Shown: positions 24,152-32,000, counted from the stretch's first letter. The stretch: DNA of 32,000 nucleotides from Desulforamulus reducens MI-1 (GCF_000016165.1 NC_009253.1:2893484-2925483), one strand, 5' to 3'. The notes: generated from the sequence alone by a model not told the origin. Numbers and translations: made by a program.

Positions 24152-24586
24152 TTAGCATTTCTGGACAAACCCAAAATCCATTAACAAATCATCAATGGCT
24201 TCCTGGGGCATGGTTCCCGGAGGATAGGCCCGGTCAAAGCCCATGGCCAGAAACTTTTTCTCCACTGCCTGCCAGTCCTGTTTGCCAACCACTAGGTTAC
24301 CACCTACATATAATTTGATGTCACCAATACCGGCTTCCACAGCCTTTTCTCTTAGACCACGGCAGTCAATTTCTCCGTGTCCATAGAGTGAGGAAACCAA
24401 GATTGCATTGGCATTGGTTTCCACCGCAGCGTTGATAAACTCCTCTTGGGACGCCATCACCCCAATGTTTACCACTTTAAAACCTGCTTCTGTAAAAGCA
24501 TATTCCAGAATTCGGTTTCCCACCGCGTGAACGTCTGCCCCTATGACGCCCAGTACTAAAGTTAATTGTTTCTTTTCCTCAACCAC
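24152..24586 (-). CDS. glmS: Glutamate mutase sigma (S, B12-binding) subunit
   Basis: It has the B12 base-off/His-on motif DxHxxG (GADVHAVGN) in a Rossmann-like small subunit. I place the start at GTG 24586 ((M)[23 protein letters not shown] 6 nt upstream), not the ORF-track TTG 24607. Confidence 0.9.
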   Translation of the reverse strand: MVEEKKQLTLVLGVIGADVHAVGNRILEYAFTEAGFKVVNIGVMASQEEFINAAVETNANAILVSSLYGHGEIDCRGLREKAVEAGIGDIKLYVGGNLVVGKQDWQAVEKKFLAMGFDRAYPPGTMPQEAIDDLLMDFGFVQKC

Positions 24587-24714
24587 ACGGAAGACCTCCC
24601 AGTTCAATTCGCTTATTAATAAATTGCTTGATTTTTCTTAGTTTCTCCCATTTTGGAAATTCTTCCTCCTTAATAGAGAACGATTTTACTTTTATTTTTC
24701 CATTATACAATAAT

Positions 24715-24744
24715 AAAACTCGGCAAACTTCTTCACCGAGTTTT
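24715..24744 (-). terminator. Terminator hairpin downstream of the amidase gene; overlaps the probable glm-operon promoter region
   Basis: Stem AAAACTCGG (24715..24723) / CCGAGTTTT (24736..24744) with a 12-nt loop. On the minus strand it is followed by AUUAUUGUAUAAU. A TATAAT box (24707..24702, minus) lies immediately downstream. Confidence 0.55.
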
Positions 24745-24752
24745 AGCTTCAT

Positions 24753-26603
24753 TTATTGTCCATAAAAATATGCATTAATCCCTTTAACAATGGCTTCTGC
24801 TGCTTTTTCTCTAAAGTCTTCGGAACTAAGCAACGCTTCTTCGTCGGAGTTTGAAATAAAGGCTGTCTCAATGAGAATACTGGGCATCATACTGGTACGC
24901 AATACGGCAAAATTTGCTTGTAGTACGCCAATATCACGCCTTCCTAGGGCAGCCGTCAGCTCATTTTGAACATTCCTAGCCAGCCGGTAACGATCATCCT
25001 TTTGTTCGTATAGATTAGGCATGTTGTTAGGGGCATAATAATAGGTAGATGTTCCATCAATCGATCGGTTTAGATTAGCATTGCTGTGAATACTTACAAA
25101 AATATCAGTACTTTGCTCATTGGCCAACCGGGTAATTTCATACAGGTCAACAAACTTGTCATCGGAACGGCTCAAAAATACATTGGCCCCTTGTTTTCTC
25201 AGTAATTCAGCTACTTTTAAAGTAATGTCCAGGTTTACATCCTTTTCTTTTAAACCATTCTGACCAGATGCGCCGCCATCGTGACCACCATGACCGGCAT
25301 CAAGAAATACTGTTTTACCCTTTATGCCATCGCTGTAGGAGATTTTGCTAATATCTAAGGTTAATGATTTTTTATCCTCAGACAGACTCACCTTTACCCT
25401 GGCCCGTTCCTTTAGATCAACGACCAACCGTGAGTAATAGGGGTCCTGATTATAGCCGGTTCTTATTTGACCAACCAGTTCAGTATTAGCAGAAATGGTT
25501 TCCGGAGTATTGTCTAGATAAACATCACTTAAATTTACCACATAGCGAGAAGGGCTGGATAAAGGAAAGGTATTATAATTAATTTTCTTGTCACTGACAA
25601 TATTTATGTAGGTGTGATCTTCTTTTTCTTTTACCTCTATATCCACCAATTTTGCCTTGGGAACATTTTTGTTTTCCTCCGTATCTGAACTTCCACCGGT
25701 TTGTTCACTGCTAGCTGGTGTTAAGCCTGGTAGCCAGCTATTATCCTCTGTACTGGGTTGAGAAGGTTGGGATGGTTGTTGAGGTTTCTGGGGTTCCAGA
25801 GGTTCCGGTTGATCCACCACCGATACCAACCAACCTGCCACCCATGCCGTTGAACCATTGGCCTGTCGTACTTGTAACCATTGGCCAGATCGGCTGATGA
25901 TAGGTAAGCGAATCCCCCTGCTGACCTGACCTGCCACACTGTGGCTAGTTCCTGGGCCACTACGCAAATTCAAATTATCTGAATTGATGACCACAACTTG
26001 ACCAGCGGGAGCAGGCTTGGCAATTGTTGGCGAAGTAACCGATGCCGGAGCAGTGGGCTTGTTTTCTACTGCTACTAACCAACTAGCCACCCAGCCGGTA
26101 ACATTGGCCCCTTGTACTTTAATCCAGTCGCCCTTCTGAGTCAGAACAGTAAGCCGGTCACCCTTTTTTACTTTTCCTGCAATACCATACGTGGTACCGG
26201 GGCCACTTCTTATATTCAGATTATCCCCCTTCACCACTGCCACTTTGCCACTGTTTACGGCAGGGGTTCCTTCAGGGGCTTTCGCCGGCGCAGATTTCCC
26301 CGGGGTATCCTTTACACTCACCAGCCAACCAGCGGCCCAGGCAGTTTTCCCGCCTATCTGGACTTTATACCAATCCCCGTTTTTAGCTAAAACAGGTAAT
26401 TTCGTTCCCTTAGTGGCCTGACCCATCATGGCTGTATTGGTATCAGGGCCGCTTCTCAAATTTAGCTTATCAACATTTACAATGACCACTTGGGTTGCGT
26501 AGGCCGGTTGATTCACACCAACAGGATTAAACATAATTGAAAAAACTAACCCCGCTAGAACGGCATATCGAAAAAAACGCTTATATATTAGATTAAGAAT
26601 CAT
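24753..26603 (-). CDS. N-acetylmuramoyl-L-alanine amidase (Amidase_3) with three SH3b repeats and an AMIN-like domain
   Basis: 616 aa. It has an N-terminal signal/anchor, three ~80-aa SH3b repeats, a P/Q/S-rich linker, an AMIN-like segment (LVDIEVKEKEDHTYINIVSDKKINYNTF) and a C-terminal catalytic domain (VFLDAGHGGHDGGA, FVSIHSNA, ETAFISN). Confidence 0.9.
   Translation of the reverse strand: MILNLIYKRFFRYAVLAGLVFSIMFNPVGVNQPAYATQVVIVNVDKLNLRSGPDTNTAMMGQATKGTKLPVLAKNGDWYKVQIGGKTAWAAGWLVSVKDTPGKSAPAKAPEGTPAVNSGKVAVVKGDNLNIRSGPGTTYGIAGKVKKGDRLTVLTQKGDWIKVQGANVTGWVASWLVAVENKPTAPASVTSPTIAKPAPAGQVVVINSDNLNLRSGPGTSHSVAGQVSRGIRLPIISRSGQWLQVRQANGSTAWVAGWLVSVVDQPEPLEPQKPQQPSQPSQPSTEDNSWLPGLTPASSEQTGGSSDTEENKNVPKAKLVDIEVKEKEDHTYINIVSDKKINYNTFPLSSPSRYVVNLSDVYLDNTPETISANTELVGQIRTGYNQDPYYSRLVVDLKERARVKVSLSEDKKSLTLDISKISYSDGIKGKTVFLDAGHGGHDGGASGQNGLKEKDVNLDITLKVAELLRKQGANVFLSRSDDKFVDLYEITRLANEQSTDIFVSIHSNANLNRSIDGTSTYYYAPNNMPNLYEQKDDRYRLARNVQNELTAALGRRDIGVLQANFAVLRTSMMPSILIETAFISNSDEEALLSSEDFREKAAEAIVKGINAYFYGQ
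25818..26492 (-). repeat. Three tandem SH3b-coding repeats inside the amidase gene
   Basis: The protein repeats are: VVIVNVDKLNLRSGPDTNTAMMGQATKGTKLPVLAKNGDWYKVQIGGKTAWAAGWLVSV; VAVVKGDNLNIRSGPGTTYGIAGKVKKGDRLTVLTQKGDWIKVQGANVTGWVASWLVAV; VVVINSDNLNLRSGPGTSHSVAGQVSRGIRLPIISRSGQWLQVRQANGSTAWVAGWLVSV. Confidence 0.85.
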
Positions 26604-26816
26604 ATCTACCTTCCTTTTCGGGAAAAATATACCATAAGATTTTTCTATTTATATGACGAAATACCTCTAATTTTTGTTACGGAAATCATATGGAAATTTA
26701 AGGATTAAATTCTACAACATTTAACTATGATAGAAAACACGCATAAGAGTAGTTCATAAGGTAAATATTTTAATCAGTATCAACCATTTTTATAAAGTAT
26801 TATAAAGGAGGGTTCT

Positions 26817-27764
26817 ATGCTCAAAGTTACTATTTCACTGGTGTTTTTTTTTACTTTATTTATCTTTCACCCATCTGCCGCTCTGTCAGTTGGATATGAT
26901 TCAAGTCAAAGTTGTTGCCCCATGAATGAGGATATTGACCGAACATTGCTACCTGCTAACCCTCCAATGCAAGGGAAGGATGTTGTAGATTTGCAGGAAG
27001 AACTAAAGGCCCTGAATTACTATAACGGCCCTACCAACGGTATTTATGACTCCCTTACCCAAAGAGCCCTACGTAAATATCAGCAAGACCATTACTTAAA
27101 AAATGACGGGGTAGTTGATTGGGAAACTTGGCACTCTCTGGCCCTCAATCTGGAAAAACCTGTTACAAAATCAGAAAAAACTCTTCCGCCAACTGGTGAT
27201 ATGGCCATTATTATTGATACAACCACCCGTAAACTTACCGTACTATCTGATGGTAAACCCTATACACAATTTAATGTAGCCTGTGGTAAACCTTCCACCC
27301 CCTCACCGGTTGGCAGTTGGCAGGTTGTACATAAAGCTACCAATTGGGGCACTGGTTTTGGTACCCGCTGGCTGGGATTAAACGTTCCCTGGGGAAAATA
27401 TGGTATTCATGGCACTAACAAACCCTTTTCCATTGGTAGCTATGCCAGCCACGGCTGCATTCGCATGCATAATTCCAGTGTAGAAAAGCTTTATCCTTGG
27501 ATTCCTAAGGGAACACCAGTGTATTTAATCGGCAGCCCCTTTGGTGTTCCAGGCCATGGACATAAAAAGTTAGTTCGGGGTGACAGAGGTGCCGATGTAT
27601 TTGAAGTACAACGCACTTTAAAAAGGCTTGGCTATTATGAAGCCCAGATAGATGGCATCTTTGGTTACAGTATGGAAGCAGGTATTAAGAAGTTTCGAAA
27701 GGCCAATGGCTTGCCAATGGATAATTTTGTGGATAGTAAAATGTACAAAGCCCTTGGGTTATAA
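26817..27764 (+). CDS. L,D-transpeptidase (YkuD domain) flanked by two peptidoglycan-binding (PG_binding_1) domains
   Basis: 315 aa, ATG with AAGGAGGG SD and a signal peptide. It has the catalytic motif SHGCIRM, an N-terminal PG-binding repeat (VVDLQEELKALNYYNGPTNGIYDSLTQRALRKYQ) and a C-terminal one (VFEVQRTLKRLGYYEAQIDGIFGYSMEAGIKKFR). Confidence 0.9.
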   Translation: MLKVTISLVFFFTLFIFHPSAALSVGYDSSQSCCPMNEDIDRTLLPANPPMQGKDVVDLQEELKALNYYNGPTNGIYDSLTQRALRKYQQDHYLKNDGVVDWETWHSLALNLEKPVTKSEKTLPPTGDMAIIIDTTTRKLTVLSDGKPYTQFNVACGKPSTPSPVGSWQVVHKATNWGTGFGTRWLGLNVPWGKYGIHGTNKPFSIGSYASHGCIRMHNSSVEKLYPWIPKGTPVYLIGSPFGVPGHGHKKLVRGDRGADVFEVQRTLKRLGYYEAQIDGIFGYSMEAGIKKFRKANGLPMDNFVDSKMYKALGL

Positions 27765-27797
27765 AAAAAACCCGGTGCATTGCACCGGGTTTTTTTT
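27763..27797. terminator. Bidirectional intrinsic terminator
   Basis: AAAAAAAA-CCCGGTGCA-T-TGCACCGGG-TTTTTTTT: a perfect 9-bp GC-rich stem with an A-tract on one side and a T-tract on the other, between convergent genes. Confidence 0.85.
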
Positions 27798-27807
27798 AGT
27801 GTGAAAA

Positions 27808-28761
27808 CTATCCAATTTTTTCAACCTGTTGCATATCTCCAGCGGACTCTTTCTTAAAGCGAATTACCTTTGGCTGCCAATTTAACTCCCTTAGCAATTG
27901 GCTATAATCTTCAGCCGAAACATCTTCCCAAGCTTTTTTTAACAATACCAGGAAAACGGCCTCCATAACATTGGTACCAAAGGTACGCCCCTGAAATTCT
28001 GGCGTGGTGGTGATCAATGCACTGGCTCCACGGTCCATCAATTCTTCCACATCCTCCCGGGTAGTGGTATTAGTCAGAATCATTTGACCCTTTAATTTTT
28101 TCGGCAGGTACTTCCGAATAAAATGGTAATCCCCGGCCACCACTTCCGCCTCGTCATAGTATTTAGCATATTTCTTACTGTTGAACCGATGCTGTTTTTC
28201 CTGACTTTGTCCTGTAGGATACAGCATCCGAAAGGGTAATCGTGAAATCACAGGCATTAGTTTTGAAGCAATGTTGTGCAACTTCTCTAAACTGTACAAA
28301 GGTAGGCGAATACCCAAGGAAAACATCAAGTCCCCAAGTGTTAGCTGGCAACCGATCTTGGCAAAGGCCTCTGCCATGCCAAAGCGGTCCATTGCACTGA
28401 CCATTAGTACCCGTGTATCTTGCTTAACCAAACCTTGGGCACCCATATATTCCACGGCTTGCCGTTCCAGGGTATTTTTTAACCCACTACCATCAACCAC
28501 TGGCGTCTTTTTTACTGTTTCTAACAAGCGTAGACCGTCCTGTAAAACATAACGGGTGTTTCCTGCATACAAGTAGACATCAATACCGCCCAGCCCAATG
28601 GCATCTACCTTACCGTCTAATTCTTTTAGAATGGAGATGGCTTTATCCATATTTCCGTCGGTACCAGTACGGCTAATTTCAAATTCCTCACCCAAAATCT
28701 CGACCCTTGCCACATGGTTTCTTCTGGAAGATCCTAAACTGACACTGACAACCTTTTTCAT
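27808..28761 (-). CDS. Conserved protein of unknown function (possibly the family often auto-annotated 'quinate 5-dehydrogenase-like'; not verified)
   Basis: Start placed at ATG 28761 (MKKVVSVSLGSSRRN, GGAGGG SD 6 nt upstream) rather than 28806, giving 317 aa. It looks soluble with an alternating beta-alpha pattern. I cannot assign a function from sequence alone. Confidence 0.55.
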   Translation of the reverse strand: MKKVVSVSLGSSRRNHVARVEILGEEFEISRTGTDGNMDKAISILKELDGKVDAIGLGGIDVYLYAGNTRYVLQDGLRLLETVKKTPVVDGSGLKNTLERQAVEYMGAQGLVKQDTRVLMVSAMDRFGMAEAFAKIGCQLTLGDLMFSLGIRLPLYSLEKLHNIASKLMPVISRLPFRMLYPTGQSQEKQHRFNSKKYAKYYDEAEVVAGDYHFIRKYLPKKLKGQMILTNTTTREDVEELMDRGASALITTTPEFQGRTFGTNVMEAVFLVLLKKAWEDVSAEDYSQLLRELNWQPKVIRFKKESAGDMQQVEKIG

Positions 28762-28848
28762 ACCAGCCCTCCGTAAAAACTCTAGATATAGCCAGTTTAA
28801 CCACATTTTAAAAAACTAGACACCCTGCTAAAATAAAAAGAATCACTT

Positions 28849-29052
28849 TTAGTGGTTCTTCCATTTGTACTTACCTTTATTATTACTCCTTTTTACAGTG
28901 AGGTCGTGCTTCTCCAGAAGCTGCATTGCCTCATCATAACTATCAACATAGCCGGAATGAAAAGTACCTATTTGGGCATCAGTAAAGGTGCTCTTCAAAG
29001 AACCTTCTCTGGGGGCAGTAACTTCTACAAGGTCTTTCACTTCTCTTTCCAT
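28849..29052 (-). CDS. Small hypothetical protein (67 aa), lysine-rich C-terminus
   Basis: ATG with GGAGGTG SD 7 nt upstream. It lies 27 nt downstream of the preceding gene on the same strand. No family recognised. Confidence 0.5.
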   Translation of the reverse strand: MEREVKDLVEVTAPREGSLKSTFTDAQIGTFHSGYVDSYDEAMQLLEKHDLTVKRSNNKGKYKWKNH

Positions 29053-29079
29053 AAAACAACACCTCCGAAGTTAGAAAGA

Positions 29080-29469
29080 TTAGAAGGAACCTTCATATTT
29101 TTTCAATACTTGAGAAGCTTTATCACCCATTTCATCGCTTGTCACTACCGTTACTAAAAATGCTTTACCCCCTGCAATGCCATAATTATCAGCAGCCATG
29201 CCGGAATTAGAAGGATCAGCACCCATTAAAACTCTTGTATCGTTATTCTCCAATGGGCTGGTATTAGCTGAATATATGGTTAAACCTGTTAAAGTCTCTG
29301 CATTCAATCCATTATTAATTGCCGCATCATTACTAACCCCGTAACGGGAAATTCGGTCCAAAGATACCTCATTAATTCCCATTTGCTTTAGTTCTTTTAC
29401 TGCAGCTTCCGCTTTGGTACTGGAAGGGAAATAAGCAAGAATGGAACGCATGCCCTGGGGTAATGTCAT
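29080..29469 (-). CDS. Hypothetical protein (129 aa); N-terminus faintly reminiscent of YflT/GSP17M-type general stress protein domains
   Basis: ATG with AAGGGGGA SD. The segment AYFPSSTKAEAAVKELKQMGINEVSLDRIS has the 'F.s...A..A...L...G' pattern of that family. The similarity is weak and from memory only. Confidence 0.5.
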   Translation of the reverse strand: MTLPQGMRSILAYFPSSTKAEAAVKELKQMGINEVSLDRISRYGVSNDAAINNGLNAETLTGLTIYSANTSPLENNDTRVLMGADPSNSGMAADNYGIAGGKAFLVTVVTSDEMGDKASQVLKKYEGSF

Positions 29470-29667
29470 TTTTTAAATCCCCCTTGTTTTATTTTTTTTA
29501 TTTTTCCCTTAAACCAGGTAAATAAGTATTATTATCGCTGTAAAAATATGTTTTTTTAGAAATAATTCAAAATTGTCTCGCCTGAAGATTTTACTTTACT
29601 GACTAAACTATCACTTAAGGGGAAAATATGGTAAACTGGAGGTAAATATTATGGGGGGTGACCACAT

Positions 29668-30009
29668 TTGAGCAACGATAACACCCAGCTTCCTACATTG
29701 GAACAATATATTCTTGTGGCTCTGATGGATATTTGTCGAGGCTTAAAGGTTAACCTGCCGGTGGACCTAGATAAAGAAACTCAAAACACTGTATTGAAGG
29801 ATGTTTTATCATCAGCTATCAGTTATGCAGAAAATCAGGAGAGTATGCAAGTTATCAGTGAAGAATTGTTCCGTTGCTCCAGGGAAGGATGTACGCTGCA
29901 GGATCAAATGGAACTAATCCAAAAACAAAGCCCGGATGTTATTAATGCCAAAATGGTGGCAGCTGCTTACCTTTTAAAACTTATCAATAAAGAACAAAAT
30001 CTAGTATAA
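29668..30009 (+). CDS. Hypothetical protein (113 aa)
   Basis: TTG start with GGGGGTG SD 7 nt upstream, followed by a strong terminator. No family recognised. Confidence 0.5.
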   Translation: MSNDNTQLPTLEQYILVALMDICRGLKVNLPVDLDKETQNTVLKDVLSSAISYAENQESMQVISEELFRCSREGCTLQDQMELIQKQSPDVINAKMVAAAYLLKLINKEQNLV

Positions 30010-30013
30010 CGTT

Positions 30014-30050
30014 AAAAAGCCACCGGTTATTTAAATCCCGGTGGCTTTTT
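30014..30050 (+). terminator. Intrinsic terminator after the 113-aa gene
   Basis: AAAAAGCCACCGG-11 nt loop-CCGGTGGCTTTTT: a 13-bp stem including the A/T runs, followed by T-rich sequence. Confidence 0.8.
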
Positions 30051-30187
30051 AATACTTTAACCATTAAATTCCTGTACAAACATCTTGCCATATTTGCCGC
30101 CGCTCACAACCCCAATTGCTATTCAATAATATACGTCAAATAACTGACAGGTGGGTTATTTTAGCAGACATTAGCTTATTTTTAATT

Positions 30188-30216
30188 TTTAAAAAAGACA
30201 GGTATAAAACCTGCCT
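30188..30216 (-). terminator. Intrinsic terminator after the helicase gene
   Basis: Minus-strand RNA: AGGCAGGU-UUUAU-ACCUGUCU (one G.U pair) followed by UUUUU. It begins 6 nt after the helicase stop codon (30222..30224). Confidence 0.6.
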
Positions 30217-30221
30217 TGAGT

Positions 30222-31811
30222 TTAAAAGACTACAGCCGCTTCATCCCGGTCAATTATTCGACGCATTTCCCGTATTCTTTCCCGGAGGGAAGGGTTGCTG
30301 TGACTGGCGTCATCAATTTGCCGAAGTAAATCAATCAATCTCCTGATGATAGAAACAATATCACCTTCCTGGAGACTGGTATTTTCCAGCAGGAAGTCAA
30401 GTCCCTGTCCGGTATACCAGGCATGGGCCACAAACCCAGGGGTGCTGGACCAAACCACAAACTGTGGGGGCACACCGGCATTCAACAACTCTTCCGTGAT
30501 CTCTTGCACTGGTGTGGGGTCATAGGGTGGTGCGGGCACAAACTCACGGCGCCCAGGTATATAATCAACCCCTGCCAGAATCCCTGCCACCACCTCCAGG
30601 GGCAAATCCTCAAGTAAACCTGAGAAAGCCAGTTCCGTTACCAAAATCTCCTGCACATGAAGTTCCAAAGCAAAATTACCCCTGGGGTAGAACTCTCGTT
30701 CCTTGATGTAGCCCAGACTTTCCAAAATACTTTTTACATGATGATATTCATTGATATATTTTTGAGACTGCTGCTTAATCACGTTCATCTGCCCCACCAG
30801 ACCAGCCCGCTGATAGCCCAAAGCGTCCAACTGGTCCCTGGCATCCACGCAAACCTCATGTAAGCATCTTTGGGTCTTCTGTTGACCAAGAATTTGTTTT
30901 ATTTCAGCGATTCTTTCCTGAGAACCCGGTCTATTTTTATATTTGGATGAACTCAGTCGTTTCTGCTCCCGTATCAGCTTCCGTCGCTGCAAAGGACAAG
31001 TGGCATCTTCCCGGAACTCACAGAAATAACTTTTAGACTCTGCCACCTGCCGGTCGATCTCCTCCAGGAGGGTTTTAATCTCTCGCTCAGACCGCCGTTC
31101 CTGATAGGCGGAAAAGTTTTGGGTTAGAAATTGGTCAATCTCCTGATCGGTTTTCCATTTTAACAGGCTTAAAACAGTATTGGGGGAAATGGTTAATCGG
31201 CCATAAACCGATTCAACCTCGGCTTCATCAAAGAAACCTGTTTGGTCAGGAAATTTATCATCAATACGAATATAAACATGGCCCACCCGATCGAAGCCCC
31301 GGCGACCAGCCCGACCAGCCATCTGGAAAAACTCCCGATTCATTAATGTTCGAAATTCCTTGCCATCCCACTTGCGGCAGGAATGGAACAATGTGGTGGC
31401 TGCCGGAAAGTTTACCCCGGCGGCAAAGGTTTCAGTACAGAACAATACCCAAAGAAGTCGATTCTCATAAAGGCGTTCCACTAAGTTTTTCAGCACTGGC
31501 GACAGACCAGCATGGTGATAGCCAATGCCTTGTTGTAATAGTTTCCTCAACACCCGGCGGTGTCCCCTTTGGAAGATTTCCGGGTGTTCTTTCTCTGTAT
31601 CCGTAATGGCTTTTAATACCTCATTCTTTTCATCGGGGAATAAAAAATCCCACTCCCGCCCCACTTCCGATGCTAATTCTTCTGTACGGGCCCGACCAAA
31701 AACAAAGTACAGCGCAGGCAGGTTATCCTGCACAGCCTCAATGGCGATGGATGGGTTTTCTGCTTCGGCGCGCTCCACGTCTCTTCCACCTCCCGTTTCC
31801 TTGCTCCACAT
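30222..31811 (-). CDS. Ski2/HelY-like DEAD/DEAH-box helicase, RecA2 plus C-terminal (DSHCT-like) portion
   Basis: The 529-aa ORF contains the helicase C-terminal domain (LPALYFVFGRARTEELA, GIGYHHAGLSP, TETFAAGVNFPA, QMAGRAGRRGFD) and a Ski2-type C-terminal domain (ELAFSGLLEDLPLEVVAGILAGV...GDIVSIIRRLIDLLRQI). Its 5' end overlaps the next fragment in another frame. Confidence 0.8.
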   Translation of the reverse strand: MWSKETGGGRDVERAEAENPSIAIEAVQDNLPALYFVFGRARTEELASEVGREWDFLFPDEKNEVLKAITDTEKEHPEIFQRGHRRVLRKLLQQGIGYHHAGLSPVLKNLVERLYENRLLWVLFCTETFAAGVNFPAATTLFHSCRKWDGKEFRTLMNREFFQMAGRAGRRGFDRVGHVYIRIDDKFPDQTGFFDEAEVESVYGRLTISPNTVLSLLKWKTDQEIDQFLTQNFSAYQERRSEREIKTLLEEIDRQVAESKSYFCEFREDATCPLQRRKLIREQKRLSSSKYKNRPGSQERIAEIKQILGQQKTQRCLHEVCVDARDQLDALGYQRAGLVGQMNVIKQQSQKYINEYHHVKSILESLGYIKEREFYPRGNFALELHVQEILVTELAFSGLLEDLPLEVVAGILAGVDYIPGRREFVPAPPYDPTPVQEITEELLNAGVPPQFVVWSSTPGFVAHAWYTGQGLDFLLENTSLQEGDIVSIIRRLIDLLRQIDDASHSNPSLRERIREMRRIIDRDEAAVVF

Positions 31812-32000
31812 CTTCCGCCCTTGCTAATTCCCTGGCCATTTCTCTGGCAACTCGCTCGGCCTTCCTCTCTTGGGAACGCTTGCGAATAGCCTCTTCAATA
31901 TATTCTCTGGCTTCATCCTCGTCTAGAATGATACCCTCGGAATTGAGCCAATTAATAGCCAGCGGCACAGCCCGATTGGTTTCCACCACAACCTCTACCT
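31738..32000 (-). pseudogene. Upstream fragment of the same helicase in a different reading frame (frame break or sequencing error); continues beyond the window end
   Basis: The frame is open from the window edge (..VEVVVETNRAVPLAINW...; 'RxVPL' is the Ski2-family element after RecA1). It is followed by a charged linker and stops at 31738. This is 74 nt past the first ATG of the downstream 529-aa ORF, which lacks a properly spaced SD. Confidence 0.5.

Noticed and set aside
24587-24607. TTG start at 24607 for glmS (ORF-track 151-aa version)
   Set aside because: GTG at 24586 is preceded by GGGAGG at ideal spacing and yields an N-terminus ((M)[15 protein letters not shown]) that matches the short N-terminus of known GlmS/MutS proteins. 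The GGGAGG would lie inside the longer ORF.
30116-30346. 76-aa plus-strand ORF between the two terminators and into the helicase 3' end
   Set aside because: It overlaps the helicase stop region and its terminator hairpin, has no SD, and has an implausible composition.
1-32000. Looked for rRNA, CRISPR arrays, IS elements, prophage genes and recognisable defence-system genes (restriction-modification, Cas, abortive infection, toxin-antitoxin)
   Set aside because: None recognised by eye. The only helicase is a Ski2/HelY-like housekeeping type with no adjacent nuclease or methylase genes in the window, though its upstream neighbourhood lies beyond position 32000.

Overview
Everything here comes from reading the sequence and the ORF track by eye; no database search, alignment or RNA folding was run. 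The window looks like a Clostridia-type Firmicute chromosome: SLH cell-wall anchors, MBL / P-loop / rph / rdgB / phosphoesterase synteny, a tRNA with encoded CCA, and many GTG/TTG starts. Almost all genes are on the minus strand.

Layout, left to right:
1. 1-3463: a partial DASS-type permease, a divergent LysR regulator and an iron-type alcohol dehydrogenase.
2. 3619-13859: a seven-gene operon behind a canonical cobalamin riboswitch. It encodes CbiZ, a 1174-aa SLH-anchored protein (alpha/alpha-toroid repeats plus a DUF4430 domain), a membrane-anchored DUF4430 protein, a secreted toroid plus copper-amine-oxidase-N 'stalk' protein, and a dedicated ECF transporter (T, fused A-A', S).
3. 13969-14042: tRNA-Gly(UCC).
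4. 14200-17790: a housekeeping operon (MBL hydrolase, unknown P-loop NTPase, RNase PH, RdgB, metallophosphoesterase) in which all five genes start with TTG.
5. 18003-24586: a B12-dependent glutamate mutase / methylaspartate ammonia-lyase cluster (glmS-glmL-glmE-mal), extended by a single-subunit 2-hydroxyacyl-CoA-dehydratase-family protein and its ATP-dependent activase. Two related, structured ~190-210 bp intergenic elements interrupt or flank it.
6. 24753-27764: a divergent pair of cell-wall enzymes (SH3b/AMIN amidase and an L,D-transpeptidase).
7. 27808-30009: several small or uncharacterised genes.
8. 30222-32000: a Ski2/HelY-like helicase whose reading frame is broken near 31738-31811.

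The two best candidates for something undescribed are the riboswitch-controlled, cell-surface 'transcobalamin-like' corrinoid capture system feeding an ECF importer, and the variant methylaspartate cluster carrying a radical-dehydratase-like pair. I saw no CRISPR array, rRNA, transposase or integrase.
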